NCBI RefSeq assembly: GCF_009914755.1
Contig: NC_060937.1
DNA: 64,000 nucleotides
Origin: the human T2T-CHM13v2.0 reference genome, Homo sapiens
Reading direction: 5' to 3' (one strand)
Shown here: positions 60,930 to 64,000 of the stretch, one piece after another
Layout of the letters: every line of letters starts with the position of its first letter
How positions within the stretch are numbered: the stretch's first letter is position 1
The notes under the pieces: generated by a model
Databases searched by the model: none
What the model was told of the DNA's origin: nothing
What the model saw: only the letters and a program-made list of their open reading frames with translations
Position numbers and translations under genes: made by a program

Positions 60930-62022
60930 CTGTTAATCATGCTACTTCTACAAACAACTTACAGTTAGAGTGACATGACTTTGCCATTTCAGCAGTAATT
61001 GTATATCTGGGCATTACCAGGGAAGCCACCAATAGTAAAATTTAAGTGGTGAATATAATACAAGGGCTACTTTGTCCCATTCACTTGGTATCTGTAGATG
61101 GTTATATGATCATGCAGCTTGATAAGAAACATGTTCATATAGCCATCTACAGATATAGGTAAGCATTAGAAGCCTCTACTACAAATAACATATTCAGTTC
61201 TCTTTCCTTTCTATGCAAAAAATGAACTCCTCTATCTAAATGAAAGAGTTTAAAACCCTATCAATTTATGAGATAGCTCAAAATCCACTACCTTTGGATT
61301 ATGTGTTTTCTCTATCAGAAGTTAATGCACAGTAGTCTCCCACATCAGGATATATTTGGCTTTTCTTGATCCAGAGACTTATGAACTAATAATACAGGTT
61401 ACCTGCTCTCCAAAAAATGCAATATGCAGAGGTGGAACATGGTCTACAGAACTCCAGTAACTGTTTCTATCTGGGAAGAGAAAATAGTGAGAGATAGATA
61501 TTGAGCACTGGACTGTAAAAATTAAATAAATAAATAAATACATACATACATAAATTCCTCTTAAATCCCTCTGAGCAATCATTGTGATTGTTTCTCCCTG
61601 AGGACTGGGGTATATTCCTTAATTAGACTTTGATTCTGCTCTCTCAGGCTGACTCCCAAAGACGTTGTTTTCTAAGCTGTTATTCTAGCATTCACACCCT
61701 TTAATATGACTACATTATTTTATCTAGCAGGGAATTTGATATTAAAATTTATTTCCTATAAATACTCGCATTGACACACTCAAATATTGTTGGTAAAGAT
61801 CTTCTCCTTTGATACTCTCCCTTTTATATATTAAAATTACTTTAATAAAATTTAACATGTAAGAAAGCTTACAAGAAAACATCATCATCCACATATGCTA
61901 TACATATGCAATCAGTAAAATAAAAACAATAGAAAGCTATCTCCTTCTATTTTCATAAAGTGCAATTATCAATTAGGATTCTTCAGCAAAACAGAACCAA
62001 TATAAGATGTATGTGTGTATAC

Positions 62023-62057
<35 letters not shown>

Positions 62058-62520
62058 AATAAAAGGACATTATTATGTCTTATTAAAACTTTACCCATAT
62101 GTCTGGACAATATCCCATCTATTGAATCTTTTATATTTGCAGGCTGCATGTTCATATAGCCATCTACAGATAGCAAGTGGATGGGACAAGGCACACCTTG
62201 TATTCCTTTCTCCTCTTAAATTTCCGCTATCACTGGCTTCCCTGTTAATTCATTGAGAAAAAAGTTGGAAGTGAGGGGTAAATTCATAACAACTACAGTA
62301 TAATGCCCACCAGTCCTCTGTTCCTTGTGACTAGATAACCTATCACATGCTCTGAATCACTGAGATCCTATATAAAAGATTTATTATAAGGAATTAGTGC
62401 ATGCTACTGTGATGGCTAAAATTTGTAGCATAGGCTAGAAGGAAGGGGACTAGAAAGAAGCAGAGATTGACGTTGCAGTCTGGAGGCAAAATTTCTCCTA
62501 TTTTGTCTTTAGAAAGAGGA
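60930..62520. mobile_element. Scrambled ERVL-related region: internal fragments plus a split MLT2 LTR (minus strand, ~61970-62060 and ~62370-62520)
   Basis: ggattcttcagcaaaacagaaccaata + (TA)(CA)n, resuming at agatttattataaggaattag. ERVL-internal-like tcttctcctttgata and ttcataacaactacagt. Confidence 0.5.
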
Positions 62521-62729
62521 GGAAGATCTATCTTGTGTACATTCCAAAAATTATAAAACTTCATATGAATAACAAATAAAACTGCATATTTGGATATATA
62601 CAAATTTTTGTGTAAGTTACTTAATGATTACAAAATACTAACTCAACTTTAATTTTGAAAAGCTAAGTTTGATAAATTATGCCAACATTTCATCAAAACA
62701 TTTCTCTTCTTCATTCATAGTCATTGACT

Positions 62730-63070
62730 GACAGCCAGACATATTTCCTACCCACCTTGCATTCAAGTGTGGAACTGTAACCAAGATTTCTCCTGTGGAA
62801 TGTCAGAAGAAGTGCTATGTGATGTTTTCCAGAGAGTATATTTGACTTTTCAACCCTCTTTTTTATCTTCTTCAGAATAAATTCATACTATAGTAAGAAT
62901 CAAGAGTAAATAAGACAAAAAATGAGGAAATCTGATTTGTGTTCAGAAGAAGTGCATGCTACCCAGGGTCATCTTTCCTGGACTGTTAAATTAATTATAA
63001 ATAAAAGGTAGCTGTGTCTGGGTGATATGTGAATTATTTTCTTAAGAGAAATTTAGTCTAACACAACTAA
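62730..63070 (+). mobile_element. Old ERVL/MaLR-class LTR remnant
   Basis: atttcctacccaccttgcattcaagtgtggaactgtaaccaag...ggaatgtcagaagaagtg. Confidence 0.5.
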
Positions 63071-63087
63071 TTTCCTTAGAAAGTACC

Positions 63088-63749
63088 TGTATTATTGTTT
63101 TGCAGCTGTAGTAACAAATTAACACAACATGGGTGTGGCTTAAAACCATGGAAATTTATTCTCTCACAATTCTGGAGGCAGAAAGGCCAAAATCAGATTA
63201 CCATGGTCCGAATGCATCCTTCCCAAAAATCCTATGTTAAAATATAATTGCCAATACAATAATAGTATTAAGAGGTAGGGCCTTTAGGAGGTAATTAAGT
63301 GATGAGTGAATAGGATTAGTGACGCTATAAAAGAAGTTCAAGCAAGCTGTTCACCTCTTCCAATATGTGGGGACACAGCACTAGGGCACCATCTACAGAG
63401 CAGATGGCAAGCCTTCACTGAACAATATATCTGATGCTTTGATCTTGAACTTCACAGCCTCCAGAACTGTGAGAAATGTGTTTCTCTTACTTAAAAATTA
63501 ACCAGTTCTGCCTCTGTCCTTAACATGGCCTTCTTCTCTTCTCTTCATATCCCACCTCTGTGTTTTTCTTATAAGGACCCTTATCATTGGATTTAAGACT
63601 TACTCAGATCATCTAGAATGATCTCATCTCAAAATCTCTAATATAATTACATCTGCAAAGACCTATTTTTTCAAATAAAGTCACATTTAGGGGTTCTGGA
63701 AGTTAGGACGTGAACATATCTTTTGAACTCCACCATTTAACTCACTATA
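63088..63749 (-). mobile_element. MLT1B/C-type LTR interrupted by an opposite-strand MLT1A-type LTR
   Basis: Pieces 63088-63198 and 63508-63749 (gatctcatctcaaaatc...taattacatctgcaaagaccta). 5-bp TSD gtacc at 63083-63087 / 63750-63754. Confidence 0.85.
63199..63507 (+). mobile_element. MLT1A-type LTR, 3' end missing
   Basis: catggtccgaatg...gtattaagaggtagggcctttaggaggtaatta...cagcctccagaactgtgagaaat. Confidence 0.8.
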
Positions 63750-64000
63750 GTACCTTTAAGAAATTTTATGGAATATATCTTTTTTTCATTCTGTAATTGC
63801 ATTATTTATAATGCATCATATTGGTCATATAAGCATTTAGTAAATGCTTGCCTTTCTTAAGTAGAGCCTTTCATGTTTTTGAATACCAGTTATAAATGTA
63901 ATCTGACAGTCCCTAGTTTCACTGACATTAAGATATGAAATTTATCTGTAACTTGAAAAGAAAAGTCAGTCAAACTATAAAGGCACAAATTCTTTTATTT

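Noticed and set aside
60930-62520. Ricksha-type DNA transposon carrying ERVL/MLT2 sequence
   Set aside because: The inverted segments do not resemble the Ricksha termini I recall, and no flanking TSD is evident.

Overview
AT-rich, CpG-poor primate genomic DNA, most likely human because it carries an AluYa5-type insertion. It looks intergenic or deep-intronic. I find no supportable protein-coding gene, RNA gene, CpG island or CRISPR array, and every recognisable ORF in the track derives from Alu, L1, ERV or simple repeats. The window is a layered transposable-element graveyard: a ~8 kb decayed L1 complex (9.5-17.6 kb) with nested MST LTRs, a 5'-inverted L1PA and an Alu, plus about ten Alus, many MaLR/ERVL LTRs, two Tigger-family DNA transposons, a class III ERV pol fossil and a 2.4 kb degenerate CA/TA repeat. 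I cannot support a new biological system. The observations most worth following up are structural: a pre-miRNA-sized hairpin tied to an inverted duplication (61-62.3 kb), several locally templated insertions, two twin-primed L1s and a very young AluYa5. Repeat family names come from my recall of consensus sequences, not a database search, so subfamily calls and the boundaries of old repeats are approximate.
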